Shown here in pieces: positions 47,657 through 57,130 of a DNA stretch of 64,000 nt (positions are counted from its first letter, which is position 1; the number at the start of each line of letters is the position of its first letter). Source of the stretch: Saprospira grandis (GTDB lineage Bacteria > Bacteroidota > Bacteroidia > Chitinophagales > Saprospiraceae). Under the pieces are notes generated by a model. It was not told where the DNA came from. It made no database searches and saw only the letters and a program-made list of their open reading frames with translations. The stretch is from NCBI RefSeq assembly GCF_027594745.1, contig NZ_CP110854.1, positions 1,308,241 to 1,372,240 on the forward strand, written 5' to 3'. The position numbers and the translations under genes are program-made.

Positions 47657-48076
47657 ATGAAACTTTCTTATTCTTGGCCCCTACTGCTTTTTGTCCTTCT
47701 TTTTGGCTTTTCTTCTTGCGAAAAGGAAGAAGAGGATGAGCATGATCACGATCATGCAGAAGTAAGCATCAGTTTCCTTTCTCCTGCCAATGAGGGGACC
47801 GTGGCCGACCCCAGCCAAACGCATATCCATGTTCAAGTTACTTCCGATGAGGACCTACACGATATTTATGTCTATCTCCAAGTCGAGGGCGACAGCAGTT
47901 ATATCGCTCCTTTTGGCCCCATGACGGTGCATGAGCATGCCACTACCGTAGACATCGAAGAGGATATCGACCTCTCTAGCTATCCCGCCGGTACCGAGTT
48001 TCACCTAGAGGTTGAAGCTTGTGAAGGCCATGATTGCAGCGAAAAAGAAACCCAAAGTATTCACTTTTCTATCTAG
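47657..48076 (+). CDS. Small His/Glu-rich lipoprotein, tandem paralog 2
   Basis: Lipobox LLFGFSSC followed by EEEDEHDHDHAE; same conserved motifs as paralog 1 (SFLSPANEGTVADP, GDSSYIAPF, IDLSSYPAG, LEVEAC). Confidence 0.55.
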   Translation: MKLSYSWPLLLFVLLFGFSSCEKEEEDEHDHDHAEVSISFLSPANEGTVADPSQTHIHVQVTSDEDLHDIYVYLQVEGDSSYIAPFGPMTVHEHATTVDIEEDIDLSSYPAGTEFHLEVEACEGHDCSEKETQSIHFSI

Positions 48077-48133
48077 GTTTTAGTCTAGCCTACTTTCTAC
48101 TAGGACAGCAGCTACTGATGCAGTGGTTGCTGT

Positions 48134-48292
48134 TTTTTTTGGGGCCTGCCGCCTGCGGCGGCCGGGCCCTTGCAGGGCTCGCAGGTCTGCTCGGCCCTTC
48201 AGCCCTTCGGGCTTCGGTCTGGCCTGCGGCCACCCTTTCAGGCCCCTAGGCCAGTCGCTGCGCTCCTTTGCGGCGGCTGCGCCGCCTGTCTA
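48134..48292 (+). repeat. Intergenic repeat module A, forward (left arm of an inverted pair)
   Basis: TTTTTTTGGGGCCTGCCGCCTGCGGCGGCC...CTCGCAGGTCTGCTCGGCCCTTC...GGTCTGGCCTGCGGCCACCCTTTCAGGCCCCTAGGCC... Confidence 0.85.
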
Positions 48293-48342
48293 CCGCAATT
48301 GGACCAATAAAAAAAGCGCTGCTAAACGAAGTTTAGTCAGCG

Positions 48343-48490
48343 CTAGGGCCGCAAGGCCCTAATTGGCTTAGGGATGGATAGCAGTGGCCCGAAGGGCCAG
48401 AGCCAGGCGCTGAAAGCGCCGCAGGGCCGAGCAGACCTGCGAGCTGCGCCACAGCCCGACCCGACCAAAGGGAGGGGAAGCCCCAAACCC
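48343..48490 (-). repeat. Intergenic repeat module A, reverse (right arm of an inverted pair)
   Basis: GGGCCGCAAGGCCC...GGCTTAGGGATGGATAGCAGTGGCCCGAAGGGCCAGAGCC...GGCCGAGCAGACCTGCGAGCTGCG...GGGGAAGCCCCAAA. Confidence 0.85.
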
Positions 48491-48492
48491 CC

Positions 48493-50526
48493 TTAATCTA
48501 ATTCCAATACCTTCAATTCAATTCGGCGATTAAAGGCACGGCCTTCTTCTGTTTCATTGCTGGCCGCAGGATCATTTTCCCCATAGCCTTTAGCCTTCAT
48601 GCGCTTAGCCGAAATCCCATGCTCTTGGAGGTAGTCCACTACGGCCTTTGCCCGATTATTAGAAAGCGTTTGGTTGGCGGCCAAGCTTCCTCGGCTGTCG
48701 GTATGTCCCCCAATTTCAATCTTCATTTCTGGATATTGGGCCATTAGGGCCAAGAGGCGGTCCAGTTCTTTTTGGCCCTCTTCCTTGAGGTTATACTTAT
48801 TGGTATCAAAGAAAATATTGTTGAGCCGAATCTTGGCCCCCTTCTGAATCGGGTGCAAATAGAGGTCTACCACCACTTCTTTATATTCTCCGCCCTTGGG
48901 CAAATCAATCGATTTACTTTCCGAGAGGAACTTCTCCTTTTGGGCCAAAAATCCGTAGTTGGTCCCTGAAGGCAAAACCAAGCTATAGGCCCCCGTTTGA
49001 GGATTGGAGCGGGCAATGCCAGAAGGCCCCTCTTTGCCCAAGCTTTCGTACTGCACCGAGGCCGCCAAAGGCGTGCTGTCTAGGGCATTAAATACTCGGC
49101 CACGGACCAATAATACGGCCTCTGGACGAGCCGACTCGGGCAATTGTACTTTCATGATATCGGTTTTGCCCAAAGAGTTTTCACTAGAAGAGAAAAAAGC
49201 GTACTCCCCAGAAGCAGGCAAAGAGTAATAGGCATCAAAATCAGAGGTATTGAGTTTGGGGCCCAGGTTGAGCGGCTCCGACCAATTGGTCCAGCTATCG
49301 TCCAAACGACGGCTCATAAACATATCCGCCTCCCCGTAGCCTGGCCGACCAGAAGTAGCAAAATAAAGGGTTTTGCCATCGGCCGCCAAATAAGGAGACA
49401 GCTCAGAAGCAGCGGTATTCAGGACCTCTCCCGTATGCAGGGGGGCAGTCCAGCTGCCATCTTCATTTCTAAAAGAAACATAAATATCCTTGGCCCCCTC
49501 CGAGTCATCTCGCTCGATGGCCAAGACCAAAGTTTTGCCATCATTGGCCAGACTATACTCGCCAAACTTATTGTGGTTGTAGTAGTCTTCAATTTCTAAG
49601 GCCTCGGGAAAAGACCAGCGGTCGGCCCCCTCCTTATGCGAAAAAGAAAGCCCCTTCTCCGAGCCCCCATCTTTTTTATAGACATTGAGTACCAAAAGGG
49701 TTTGGCCATCGGGCGTGACCGAACAGATCGAGTTATTGCGCTCATTATTGATGGGCGCACCAATATTTTCGGCGGGCAAAAACTGCCCATCTTCGCCCAG
49801 TTTTGCGCACCAAACATCCTGATTGCCTTTGTCGCCTAGATTATCGGGATGATTCTGACGGGTATAATAAAGCAATTGGCCATCAGGAGAAATCAAGGGG
49901 GCCAATTCATCGGTTGGGCTATTGATATTTGCCCCAAGATTGACCGGATCATCTACCTCATCCGCTCCAGCCACAGTTTGCACCTCTACCTGATAGTCAA
50001 CCTCCTCTTCAGAAATTCCAATGGCATCGATCTGATTATAGCCGTAAACCATACGGGTATTGAGATGGAGCTGAATGGCAGAGACCAGAAAATCCGTCTG
50101 TTCTTCCAATACAAATTTGGTCAATTTACCCTTGCGATCTTTATTTTCTTTGCTCAATTCGGGCGTTTGCTCAAAAATCAAGCGGACCTCTCCCTTGCTG
50201 CCATAGGCCACAATTTTTTCAATCGCACCAGGGTTGAAGGCCTCAGAAACCGTGATCTGCTTTACCTTTTGAGGCGTTTTATAGCCCACTTTAATAAACT
50301 CGCCATCTCCATTAGACTTTGACTTGGGCGTCCAAGCGCAAGGCGTTCCTTTACAGTTTTCTGCAATAACGGAAGGCGGGCCCACAACTTCTTTGGCCAC
50401 ATACTGCCCCTTATGTTTGGGCAAGGCCAGTTCAGAAGATTTGTCGAAAACCACAGCCGCCCATTGTATAGATTGGGCCGCTAGGAGCTGAGGGATAAAA
50501 CAACTGAGGATGATTAAATAACGCAT
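48493..50526 (-). CDS. OmpA-family envelope protein with PD40/TolB-like beta-propeller repeats (paralog of 25042-26982)
   Basis: Signal peptide; C-terminal OmpA domain (FDTNKYNL...GHTDSRGS...NQTLSNNRAKAV...RRIELKV); central PD40-type repeats. Confidence 0.85.
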   Translation of the reverse strand: MRYLIILSCFIPQLLAAQSIQWAAVVFDKSSELALPKHKGQYVAKEVVGPPSVIAENCKGTPCAWTPKSKSNGDGEFIKVGYKTPQKVKQITVSEAFNPGAIEKIVAYGSKGEVRLIFEQTPELSKENKDRKGKLTKFVLEEQTDFLVSAIQLHLNTRMVYGYNQIDAIGISEEEVDYQVEVQTVAGADEVDDPVNLGANINSPTDELAPLISPDGQLLYYTRQNHPDNLGDKGNQDVWCAKLGEDGQFLPAENIGAPINNERNNSICSVTPDGQTLLVLNVYKKDGGSEKGLSFSHKEGADRWSFPEALEIEDYYNHNKFGEYSLANDGKTLVLAIERDDSEGAKDIYVSFRNEDGSWTAPLHTGEVLNTAASELSPYLAADGKTLYFATSGRPGYGEADMFMSRRLDDSWTNWSEPLNLGPKLNTSDFDAYYSLPASGEYAFFSSSENSLGKTDIMKVQLPESARPEAVLLVRGRVFNALDSTPLAASVQYESLGKEGPSGIARSNPQTGAYSLVLPSGTNYGFLAQKEKFLSESKSIDLPKGGEYKEVVVDLYLHPIQKGAKIRLNNIFFDTNKYNLKEEGQKELDRLLALMAQYPEMKIEIGGHTDSRGSLAANQTLSNNRAKAVVDYLQEHGISAKRMKAKGYGENDPAASNETEEGRAFNRRIELKVLELD

Positions 50527-50628
50527 AAAATATTATAGATTTTGTGGAGAATTTGTCCGAAGATATAAACTCTATACAGAGTTCTATGCAATTTATACCC
50601 CAGAAAGCCAAAAGTTAGTTCCCTAACA

Positions 50629-50661
50629 AAAAAAAGGCCCAGCCTATGAATAGGCTGGGCC
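50629..50661 (-). terminator. Rho-independent terminator of the HtrA gene
   Basis: GGCCCAGCCTAT-GAA-TAGGCTGGGCC hairpin followed (minus strand) by TTTTTTTT. Confidence 0.7.
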
Positions 50662-50688
50662 AACTGTAATAACTTAAAAATAAGCTGT

Positions 50689-52146
50689 TTATTTATTAAA
50701 CAAGTAGCTATAATCACCACTAAAGTTCTCATAAAAACCATCTAACTTCACTTCATCCTCGGCCTGAATAATGGCCTGAATAAATTCCTCTTCAGTTTTT
50801 ACTTTTTCTCCATTTACGGTCTCAATGATGAAGTCGCGGTCCATATTGGTACTTTCCATTAGGCTGCCCGAACGGATTTTAGTCACAATCAAGCCCTTCT
50901 CCAGATCCAAGCGGCGACGCTCTTTGCTATTGAGGGGGCGAATATCAATACCCAACTCTTCCAATACAGTTTCCTCATTTCTGAAGCGCTCCGAACGAGG
51001 CTTGTCCTCAATGCTATTGCCATTAGAGGCATTCTTGAGCTCTACCTTTGTTTCATAAGATTTTCCATCTCGGAAATAGATGATGGCCACCTCTTGCCCA
51101 GGACGGAAAAGCCCCACCTGCTCTTGCAATTCTGGCGAGCTCTTCACCTTTACATTATTTACATGCGTAATAATATCGCCTGATTTTAGGCCGCCTTCTT
51201 CGGCTGCACTGCCCGCATTAACTCGGTCCAAATAGACCCCATCCAAGGAGTTAAGCGACATTTCTTTGGCCAATTCATTGCTCACATCTCGAATCGTTAC
51301 GCCCAAAAATCCTCTTTGGACCTCTCCATATTCAATCAGGTCTTTAGCCACTTTACGCGCCAAATTGACCGGCACCGCAAAAGAGTAACCCTCATATCGG
51401 CCCGAACGAGTAATAATAGCGGTGTTAATCCCCACCAAACGGCCCTCTGCATCAATCAAAGCGCCACCACTATTGCCCGGATTCACCGCCGCATCGGTCT
51501 GAATAAAAGACTCAATAGAGTAAGTCCCCTCCAAAATATCAATGTTACGGCCCTTGGCCGACACAATCCCCGCCGTTACCGTAGAGGTCAAATTAAAGGG
51601 ATTGCCCACGGCCAAAACCCATTCGCCCACCTGCAACTGATCCGAATTGGCAAAGCCCAAAACAGGCAACTCGCGGCCATCCAACTCCTCTTCTTCTACC
51701 TTAATCACGGCCAAATCCGTAGAAGGATCGGTCCCAATCACCTTCGCCTTGTATTTTCTGCGGTCATTCAAGGTCACCTCTACCTGCCGAGCCCCTTCCA
51801 CCACATGGTTGTTCGTCAGCATATAGCCGTCCTTACTAATAATCACCCCAGAACCCGAAGCCCCAGAACCAAAGTCAAATAACTCCTCATTGCCCCCATT
51901 AGACTGAATATGCACCACCGAAGGCCGAGCCAAATTGGCCGCCGCCTTAAAGTCTTTGGGCCGATCCGTCAACGGACTGCCATAAGGGCTATCATTATAA
52001 TAAGTCGCTTGGTATTTAGGCACAAATTCCCGCACAATCACTTCTTGGCCGGCAGGACGTTCTTTTTCTAGACAGGTTTTATAAACCCCTAAGGTCAATC
52101 CCGAACTCAAGATCGAAACCGCCAATAGGATAATTCCATTTCTCAT
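50689..52146 (-). CDS. htrA: Periplasmic serine endoprotease DegP/HtrA (trypsin-like domain plus two PDZ domains)
   Basis: Catalytic motifs TNNHVV (His), D.AV.K (Asp), GNSGGAL (Ser); two PDZ-like regions; signal anchor. Confidence 0.9.
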   Translation of the reverse strand: MRNGIILLAVSILSSGLTLGVYKTCLEKERPAGQEVIVREFVPKYQATYYNDSPYGSPLTDRPKDFKAAANLARPSVVHIQSNGGNEELFDFGSGASGSGVIISKDGYMLTNNHVVEGARQVEVTLNDRRKYKAKVIGTDPSTDLAVIKVEEEELDGRELPVLGFANSDQLQVGEWVLAVGNPFNLTSTVTAGIVSAKGRNIDILEGTYSIESFIQTDAAVNPGNSGGALIDAEGRLVGINTAIITRSGRYEGYSFAVPVNLARKVAKDLIEYGEVQRGFLGVTIRDVSNELAKEMSLNSLDGVYLDRVNAGSAAEEGGLKSGDIITHVNNVKVKSSPELQEQVGLFRPGQEVAIIYFRDGKSYETKVELKNASNGNSIEDKPRSERFRNEETVLEELGIDIRPLNSKERRRLDLEKGLIVTKIRSGSLMESTNMDRDFIIETVNGEKVKTEEEFIQAIIQAEDEVKLDGFYENFSGDYSYLFNK

Positions 52147-52276
52147 AGGCTATATATAGATTAGATGCTGATTTAGAAGATCTGATTTTAAACTTTAAAA
52201 TCCTAACTGAAGTTCATACTTTTGCAGCTTTGAAGAGAAAAACTGCCAGAAGTTTAGTGCAAAAGGTCTTTTCTGC

Positions 52277-52428
52277 TTTTTTTGGGGCCTCCCCTCGCCC
52301 TCAAGGGCTCAGGGCGCTACGTTCCGGGGCTCGCTACTCGCTCGGCCCTTCGCCAGCAAGCTGGCTCGGTCTGGCCCTGCGGGCCACCCCTACACATCGC
52401 TAGGCCATGATGGCCTTCGGCCATCCTT
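52277..52428 (+). repeat. Intergenic repeat module A, forward
   Basis: TTTTTTGGGGCCTCCCCTCGCCCTCAAGGGCTCAGGGCGCTACGTTCCGGGGCTCGCTACTCGCTCGGCCCTTC...CATCGCTAGGCCATGATGGCCTTCGGCCATCC. Confidence 0.85.
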
Positions 52429-52498
52429 TAAAAGCGGTTAAAGCCCAAACGCTAAACAACGCCCTTAGCTCCACCCAATTTAAAACGCCTACTTAGCT

Positions 52499-52780
52499 AT
52501 GAGAGAAAAACCAAACCCCTATGAGGGCATGAGCCGCAAAGAACGGCGAGAAGCAGCCTTGGACCAAGTCTTTGGCAAGAACAGAAAAGAATATATGGGC
52601 AATATTTGGGGCTGGAAGTTTACCTATTTCGGCCTTGTTTTCCTATTAGCCGTTTTTGCCTTTGCGGCCTATGGCGTTTGGACAGGTAAAATTGACCTCA
52701 AAAAACAACAGTTTGAGGCCACCCCCTCCCGACATATCCAACAAAATAGCTTGCACCATCAAAAAGATACAGCAAACTAG
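52499..52780 (+). CDS. Small membrane protein, hypothetical
   Basis: 93-aa ORF with one TM helix (FTYFGLVFLLAVFAFAAYGVW). Confidence 0.4.
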   Translation: MREKPNPYEGMSRKERREAALDQVFGKNRKEYMGNIWGWKFTYFGLVFLLAVFAFAAYGVWTGKIDLKKQQFEATPSRHIQQNSLHHQKDTAN

Positions 52781-52822
52781 CTAGGCCTTTCTTTTTTCAT
52801 CCTTTTTTAACATTGCTTTAAA

Positions 52823-53620
52823 ATGTCAGCCATTCCTTTCTATAAATATCAAGCAGCAGGCAATGATTTTGTCATTTTTGACAATCGAGATGGGCAGTTT
52901 TCTTTTTCGGCCCAAGAAATTGCCCGCATCTGCCACCGACAGTTTGGCATTGGGGCCGATGGCATTATGCTCTTAGAAACAGCTGCTTCTACAGACTTTA
53001 AGATGGTCTATTTTAATGCCGATGGCGCCCCCAGCAGTATGTGCGGCAATGGCGGAAGAGCTTTGGTCGCCTTTGCCCATCATTTGGGCCTCTTTGAAAA
53101 TAGCTGTAGCTTTATGGCCGTGGATGGTCTGCACCAGGCCAAGGTCTTAGGGCCTAATTATATTGCCCTAGAAATGCAGGATTATAAGGATTTGCTCCTG
53201 GCCGATACGCACTGCTTTTTAGATACGGGCTCTCCTCATCATATTGAGTTTGTCGCCCAATCCGAAGCCGTCGATGTGGTCCAAGAAGGCCGAAAAATTC
53301 GCTATGCCGCTCCCTATGGAGAAAAAGGCGCAAATGTCAATTTTGTAGAAGTCCTCGGCCCTAAACAACTCCAAATTGCCACCTACGAAAGAGGGGTGGA
53401 AAATGAAACTTTGGCCTGTGGCACCGGCGTTACCGCCGCCGCTATTGCTCATTTTCTACAACATGGCCCAAAAACAAAAGGCCATCAACGCATAGAGGTC
53501 CGAGCCAAAGGCGGAGAACTAGCCGTAGAGTTCGATTACCAAGAAGAAATTAAAAATATTTGGCTGTTGGGCCCCGCCCAAGCCGTTTTTCAAGGCCAGT
53601 ATTTCGGCCTCCAAAAATAA
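52823..53620 (+). CDS. dapF: Diaminopimelate epimerase
   Basis: N-terminal F.KY.A.GNDFV..D and catalytic-Cys motif MCGNGGRA; about 265 aa. Confidence 0.9.
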   Translation: MSAIPFYKYQAAGNDFVIFDNRDGQFSFSAQEIARICHRQFGIGADGIMLLETAASTDFKMVYFNADGAPSSMCGNGGRALVAFAHHLGLFENSCSFMAVDGLHQAKVLGPNYIALEMQDYKDLLLADTHCFLDTGSPHHIEFVAQSEAVDVVQEGRKIRYAAPYGEKGANVNFVEVLGPKQLQIATYERGVENETLACGTGVTAAAIAHFLQHGPKTKGHQRIEVRAKGGELAVEFDYQEEIKNIWLLGPAQAVFQGQYFGLQK

Positions 53621-53629
53621 AAGTGAATC

Positions 53630-53986
53630 ATGGGAAAAGATACCAACAAAGTGGTCCAAGAAAATAATATCCAATTGACTGTCGGCCTCAATGCCGATCG
53701 CACCCCCGTCAAAATTGAATGGGAAGCCTCCGATAGCCAAAACGGCCCCGAAGAATGCAAGGCCATGCTGGTCTCCCTCTTTGATAAGGCCCATAAAGAT
53801 ACCCTCAAAATTGATCTCTGGACCCTCGAGATGCAGGTCAATGAAATGGACCGCTTTATGTACCAAACCCTACGCGGCCTAGCCGATACTTATTATCGAG
53901 CCACCAATAACCAACAACTGAGCAACGACTTTATGCGCTTTGTCCAGTACTTTGGCGAAAAAACAGAAACCCTACCCAAAAAGTAG
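53630..53986 (+). CDS. gldC: Gliding-motility protein GldC
   Basis: About 118 aa; resembles Flavobacterium GldC (IQLTVGLNADRTPVKIEW.ASD...EC.AMLVSLFDK...L.IDLWT..M.V.EMD.F..QTL..L.DTY.RAT...). Confidence 0.7.
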   Translation: MGKDTNKVVQENNIQLTVGLNADRTPVKIEWEASDSQNGPEECKAMLVSLFDKAHKDTLKIDLWTLEMQVNEMDRFMYQTLRGLADTYYRATNNQQLSNDFMRFVQYFGEKTETLPKK

Positions 53987-54006
53987 GTCCGAATGCAAAG
54001 CCAAAG

Positions 54007-54039
54007 GCCCAACTCCAATAAGGAGTTGGGCCTTTTTTA
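54007..54039. terminator. Bidirectional rho-independent terminator between gldC and the convergent membrane-protein gene
   Basis: GGCCCAACTCC-AATAA-GGAGTTGGGCC followed by TTTTTTAT. Confidence 0.7.
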
Positions 54040-55173
54040 TTCCCGCCAATCTTCCACCCGCCAATGTTTTGCAGGCTGCAAAAGCGGTAGTTCCCTATAC
54101 ATTAAGGTATTGGCCCGCCAAGAAACCTCTTGCCCTCCCCATTCTCCAAATAGGAAGAGTTGGTCACTAGTTTGGCGATAATATAAACGAGCCCAAAGGC
54201 TATCGCTCTGCAAATCGTAGAGGGTAAGGCCCTCTTTGGGCAAATAGCGCAAGCGATAGCTCTTTTGCCTCCTCCCCTGCTGCATGATCCAGTAGCCCCG
54301 ACGATGGATATAAAATTGTTGGCCATCTTCTAGGGCATAGGCCCCATGCAAAGGCGGCCTAGGCTCCAAATCGTCGTTCCAATGCTGCCGATGCCGATAG
54401 GGCCAAGCAATATTCAGAAGGATCAATAGGAGGAGAGCTGTTTTGAGCACTCTTTTTTGCCCTTTGCGAAAACTAGGCCCTAAGGACTGTTTTACCGCCA
54501 AAGCCTGCCCGCTAGACCAAACCCAAAGCCCTTTTAATCTGGGCCAAAGAAGATATAAGGCCATCCATAAAAGCCCAGCCGAGTATATCTTGACATTAAT
54601 GTCAAAACTGATGTTGATGAGCAAAACCTGCCCCATAACCCCAGCCGCTAATAAAGCGCCCAATGCTCGACTAGGACGATAGAATAATGCTAATGCCGCT
54701 AAGAGTTCTACTATACCGGTCCAAAAACTATAGGTCCAAGAACTGCCCATGACCGACCAAAAGGCTAGATCTTTCTCAATATAGCCTAAAGGCTGATATA
54801 AGGTATTGGGCTCGGGCAAAAAGAACTGCTGTTTGAGCAGTTTGTCTAGACCATAACGCCCCAGTTGCATACCTAAGTAATAGGCGATACCCAATTGTAA
54901 ATAAGACTGAAACTGCTGACTCCAGTTTTTTTTGTCCCAAACTAATAGTAAAGCCGCCTCCGCAGCCAAAACAATGAGGTGCAAATAAAAGCCGGTACTA
55001 TCCGATGCTAAAACATAGTAGCCCCCTTCTATCCCTAAAAGCGCCCCGCAAGCCTTATAAAAGGGCTCAAATGCTTCGGCCCAAAATCTAGAGTAGGCAG
55101 GCCATAGCGGCTGTTCAATTGGAGCCGTTAGGGCAAAAAGAATTAAGTATATAGTCGTCCAACGATAAAGCAT
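54037..55173 (-). CDS. Polytopic membrane protein, hypothetical
   Basis: 378-aa ORF with at least 8 predicted TM helices in the N-terminal 250 aa and a Trp/Arg-rich soluble C-terminal domain. Confidence 0.45.
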   Translation of the reverse strand: MLYRWTTIYLILFALTAPIEQPLWPAYSRFWAEAFEPFYKACGALLGIEGGYYVLASDSTGFYLHLIVLAAEAALLLVWDKKNWSQQFQSYLQLGIAYYLGMQLGRYGLDKLLKQQFFLPEPNTLYQPLGYIEKDLAFWSVMGSSWTYSFWTGIVELLAALALFYRPSRALGALLAAGVMGQVLLINISFDINVKIYSAGLLWMALYLLWPRLKGLWVWSSGQALAVKQSLGPSFRKGQKRVLKTALLLLILLNIAWPYRHRQHWNDDLEPRPPLHGAYALEDGQQFYIHRRGYWIMQQGRRQKSYRLRYLPKEGLTLYDLQSDSLWARLYYRQTSDQLFLFGEWGGQEVSWRANTLMYRELPLLQPAKHWRVEDWRE

Positions 55174-55447
55174 CTGTATTTTTTTTAGCTGTTCTATCTA
55201 ATCCACGGAGCTAATCCGAGATGTCCGTAGACCTCCGTGGCGCATTCTAAGCTCCTCTTTTAATTTTCCTATACCCCTCCTAATTAAAAAATAAAAGGCG
55301 CTTAGGCCCTAAAATAAGCGATCCTTTATTTAGAAGGATAAAAAAAGGCCCCAAACTGTAGTTTGGGGCCTTTCTGAGCCATCAAATTATTGAGCATAAA
55401 AGCTTGAGCAAGGAATTAGGCCAGCCAATAATAGCGAAAGCGGCAAG

Positions 55448-55590
55448 AAGGCCCGAAGGGCCGCAGGCCTAGCGATGTGCAGCAGTGGCCGTCAGGCCAG
55501 ACCCAGCCGCTGAAAGCGGCGCAGGGCCGAGCGAATAGCGAGCTGCGGAACGTAGCGCCGACGAGCGAAGCGAGGCGGAGGCCCAAAAAA
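55448..55590 (-). repeat. Intergenic repeat module A, reverse
   Basis: GGCCCGAAGGGCCGCAGGCCTAGCGATGTGCAGCAGTGGCCGTCAGGCCAGACCC...GGCCGAGCGAATAGCGAGCTGCGGAACGTAGCGCC...GGAGGCCCAAAAAAA. Confidence 0.85.
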
Positions 55591-55627
55591 ATCGCCCTTA
55601 TCCTCGATCATTTTCTTCAGAAGTGCT

Positions 55628-57130
55628 CTAATTATTGGTTAATTGGGCAAGCGGGCTATCTTTTTTGGCAATAAAGTCAATAGCCTTGGCTAGATCTTGG
55701 GCAAACACCCGATCGCCTTCAATGGCGGGCACGACTTGGCGGAAAGCTTGGCGGCAATTTTCGATAGCGGCAGAGCTAGTTAGAGTTCTAAACTCTAGGC
55801 TTTGCATAGCCGCCATTAGTTCAATAGCCAAAAGGCGTTCTAGATTATGGACCAAGCGATAAAGTTTGGTGCCTGCATTGGCGGCCATACTCACATGGTC
55901 CTCTTGGCCATTGCAAGAGACCAGAGAATCTACAGAAGCGGGGGTACAGAGCTGTTTATTTTGGCTAGCAATAGAGGCCGCGGTATATTGGCCGATCATC
56001 AGGCCAGAGTGCAGGCCCGAATTGGGAGTAAGGAAAGCGGGCAGGCCTCTTTTTCCGCCAATGAGTTGATACAGACGGCGTTCCGAGATACTTCCAAGTT
56101 CGGAGAGGGCCAATGCCATAAAATCGAGCGTAAGGGCAAGCGGTTGGGCGTGGAAATTTCCGCCAGAGAGAATCGCATCTGTTTCGGGGAAGATATTGGG
56201 GTTGTCGGTGACGCTATTGAGCTCTGTAGTGAGTACCTTTTTGGCATATTGTAGGGCATCTTTGCTGGCCCCATGCACTTGAGGCACGCAGCGGAAAGAA
56301 TAGGGATCTTGCACCACCTCTTTTTCGGCCTTCATCAGGGGAGAATCGGCCAGTAGAGTTCTAATATTTTTGGCCGTTTGTAATTGGCCATTATGAGGGC
56401 GAATAAGATGCAGACGTTCATCAAAGGGGCTAAGTAAACCGCCAAAGCCATCAATAGAAATAGCGGCAATGCTATCGGCCCAAAGGCTAAGTTTTTCTGC
56501 CTTCCAGTAGCTATAAATCCCGTAGGCCAAAGAAAACTGCGTACCATTGAGCAGGGCTAGGCCCTCCTTCATTTCGAGAGCAAGAGGCTGCCAGCCCAAT
56601 TTTTCTAGGGCTTGGGCCGAGGGCATGCGTTCCCCTTTAAAATAGACCTCTCCCTCGCCTAAAATGGGAAGAGAAAGGTGGGCCAGGGGGGCCAAATCGC
56701 CAGAGGCGCCTAGGCTACCGAGTTGATAAATGACGGGAATGAGGTCTGCATTATAGCTATCAATGAGGCGTTGGAGCAAAATAGGGCGAACGCCAGAAAA
56801 CCCTTGGGCCAGATTCTGTATTTTGAGTAGTAGCATGAGGCGGGCCAGCTCTTGGGGCACCAAATCGCCCGTACCAAAAGCATGAGAGCGGACCAAATTA
56901 TGCTGCAGTTCGTTTAGGGCCTCCTTGCCAATTTTGACATCGCAAAGGGAGCCAAAGCCCGTATTGATGCCATAAAAAGAGTCTTCTGAGGCTGCCACCT
57001 TCTGCTCTAGAAAATCGCGGCAAGCCTTTACTTTGGTCCAAAGGGAGTCCGTTAATTCAATTTTTGTATGTTCAGCCCAAAGCTGATGCAATGCGGCTAA
57101 TGTTAGTTCTTTTTCGGTAAGCAAATGCAT
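55628..57130 (-). CDS. hutH: Histidine ammonia-lyase (MIO-containing aromatic amino-acid lyase family)
   Basis: MIO-forming GASGDLAPLAHL motif; substrate-selectivity residues RSHAFG (Ser-His, diagnostic for HAL rather than TAL/PAL); 500 aa. Confidence 0.8.
   Translation of the reverse strand: MHLLTEKELTLAALHQLWAEHTKIELTDSLWTKVKACRDFLEQKVAASEDSFYGINTGFGSLCDVKIGKEALNELQHNLVRSHAFGTGDLVPQELARLMLLLKIQNLAQGFSGVRPILLQRLIDSYNADLIPVIYQLGSLGASGDLAPLAHLSLPILGEGEVYFKGERMPSAQALEKLGWQPLALEMKEGLALLNGTQFSLAYGIYSYWKAEKLSLWADSIAAISIDGFGGLLSPFDERLHLIRPHNGQLQTAKNIRTLLADSPLMKAEKEVVQDPYSFRCVPQVHGASKDALQYAKKVLTTELNSVTDNPNIFPETDAILSGGNFHAQPLALTLDFMALALSELGSISERRLYQLIGGKRGLPAFLTPNSGLHSGLMIGQYTAASIASQNKQLCTPASVDSLVSCNGQEDHVSMAANAGTKLYRLVHNLERLLAIELMAAMQSLEFRTLTSSAAIENCRQAFRQVVPAIEGDRVFAQDLAKAIDFIAKKDSPLAQLTNN

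Noticed and set aside
55628-57130. Tyrosine ammonia-lyase feeding the adjacent polyketide cluster (flexirubin/aryl-polyene style)
   Set aside because: The selectivity dyad is Ser-His (LVRSHAFG), characteristic of histidine ammonia-lyase. The gene is separated from the cluster by about 3 kb of unrelated genes and repeats.
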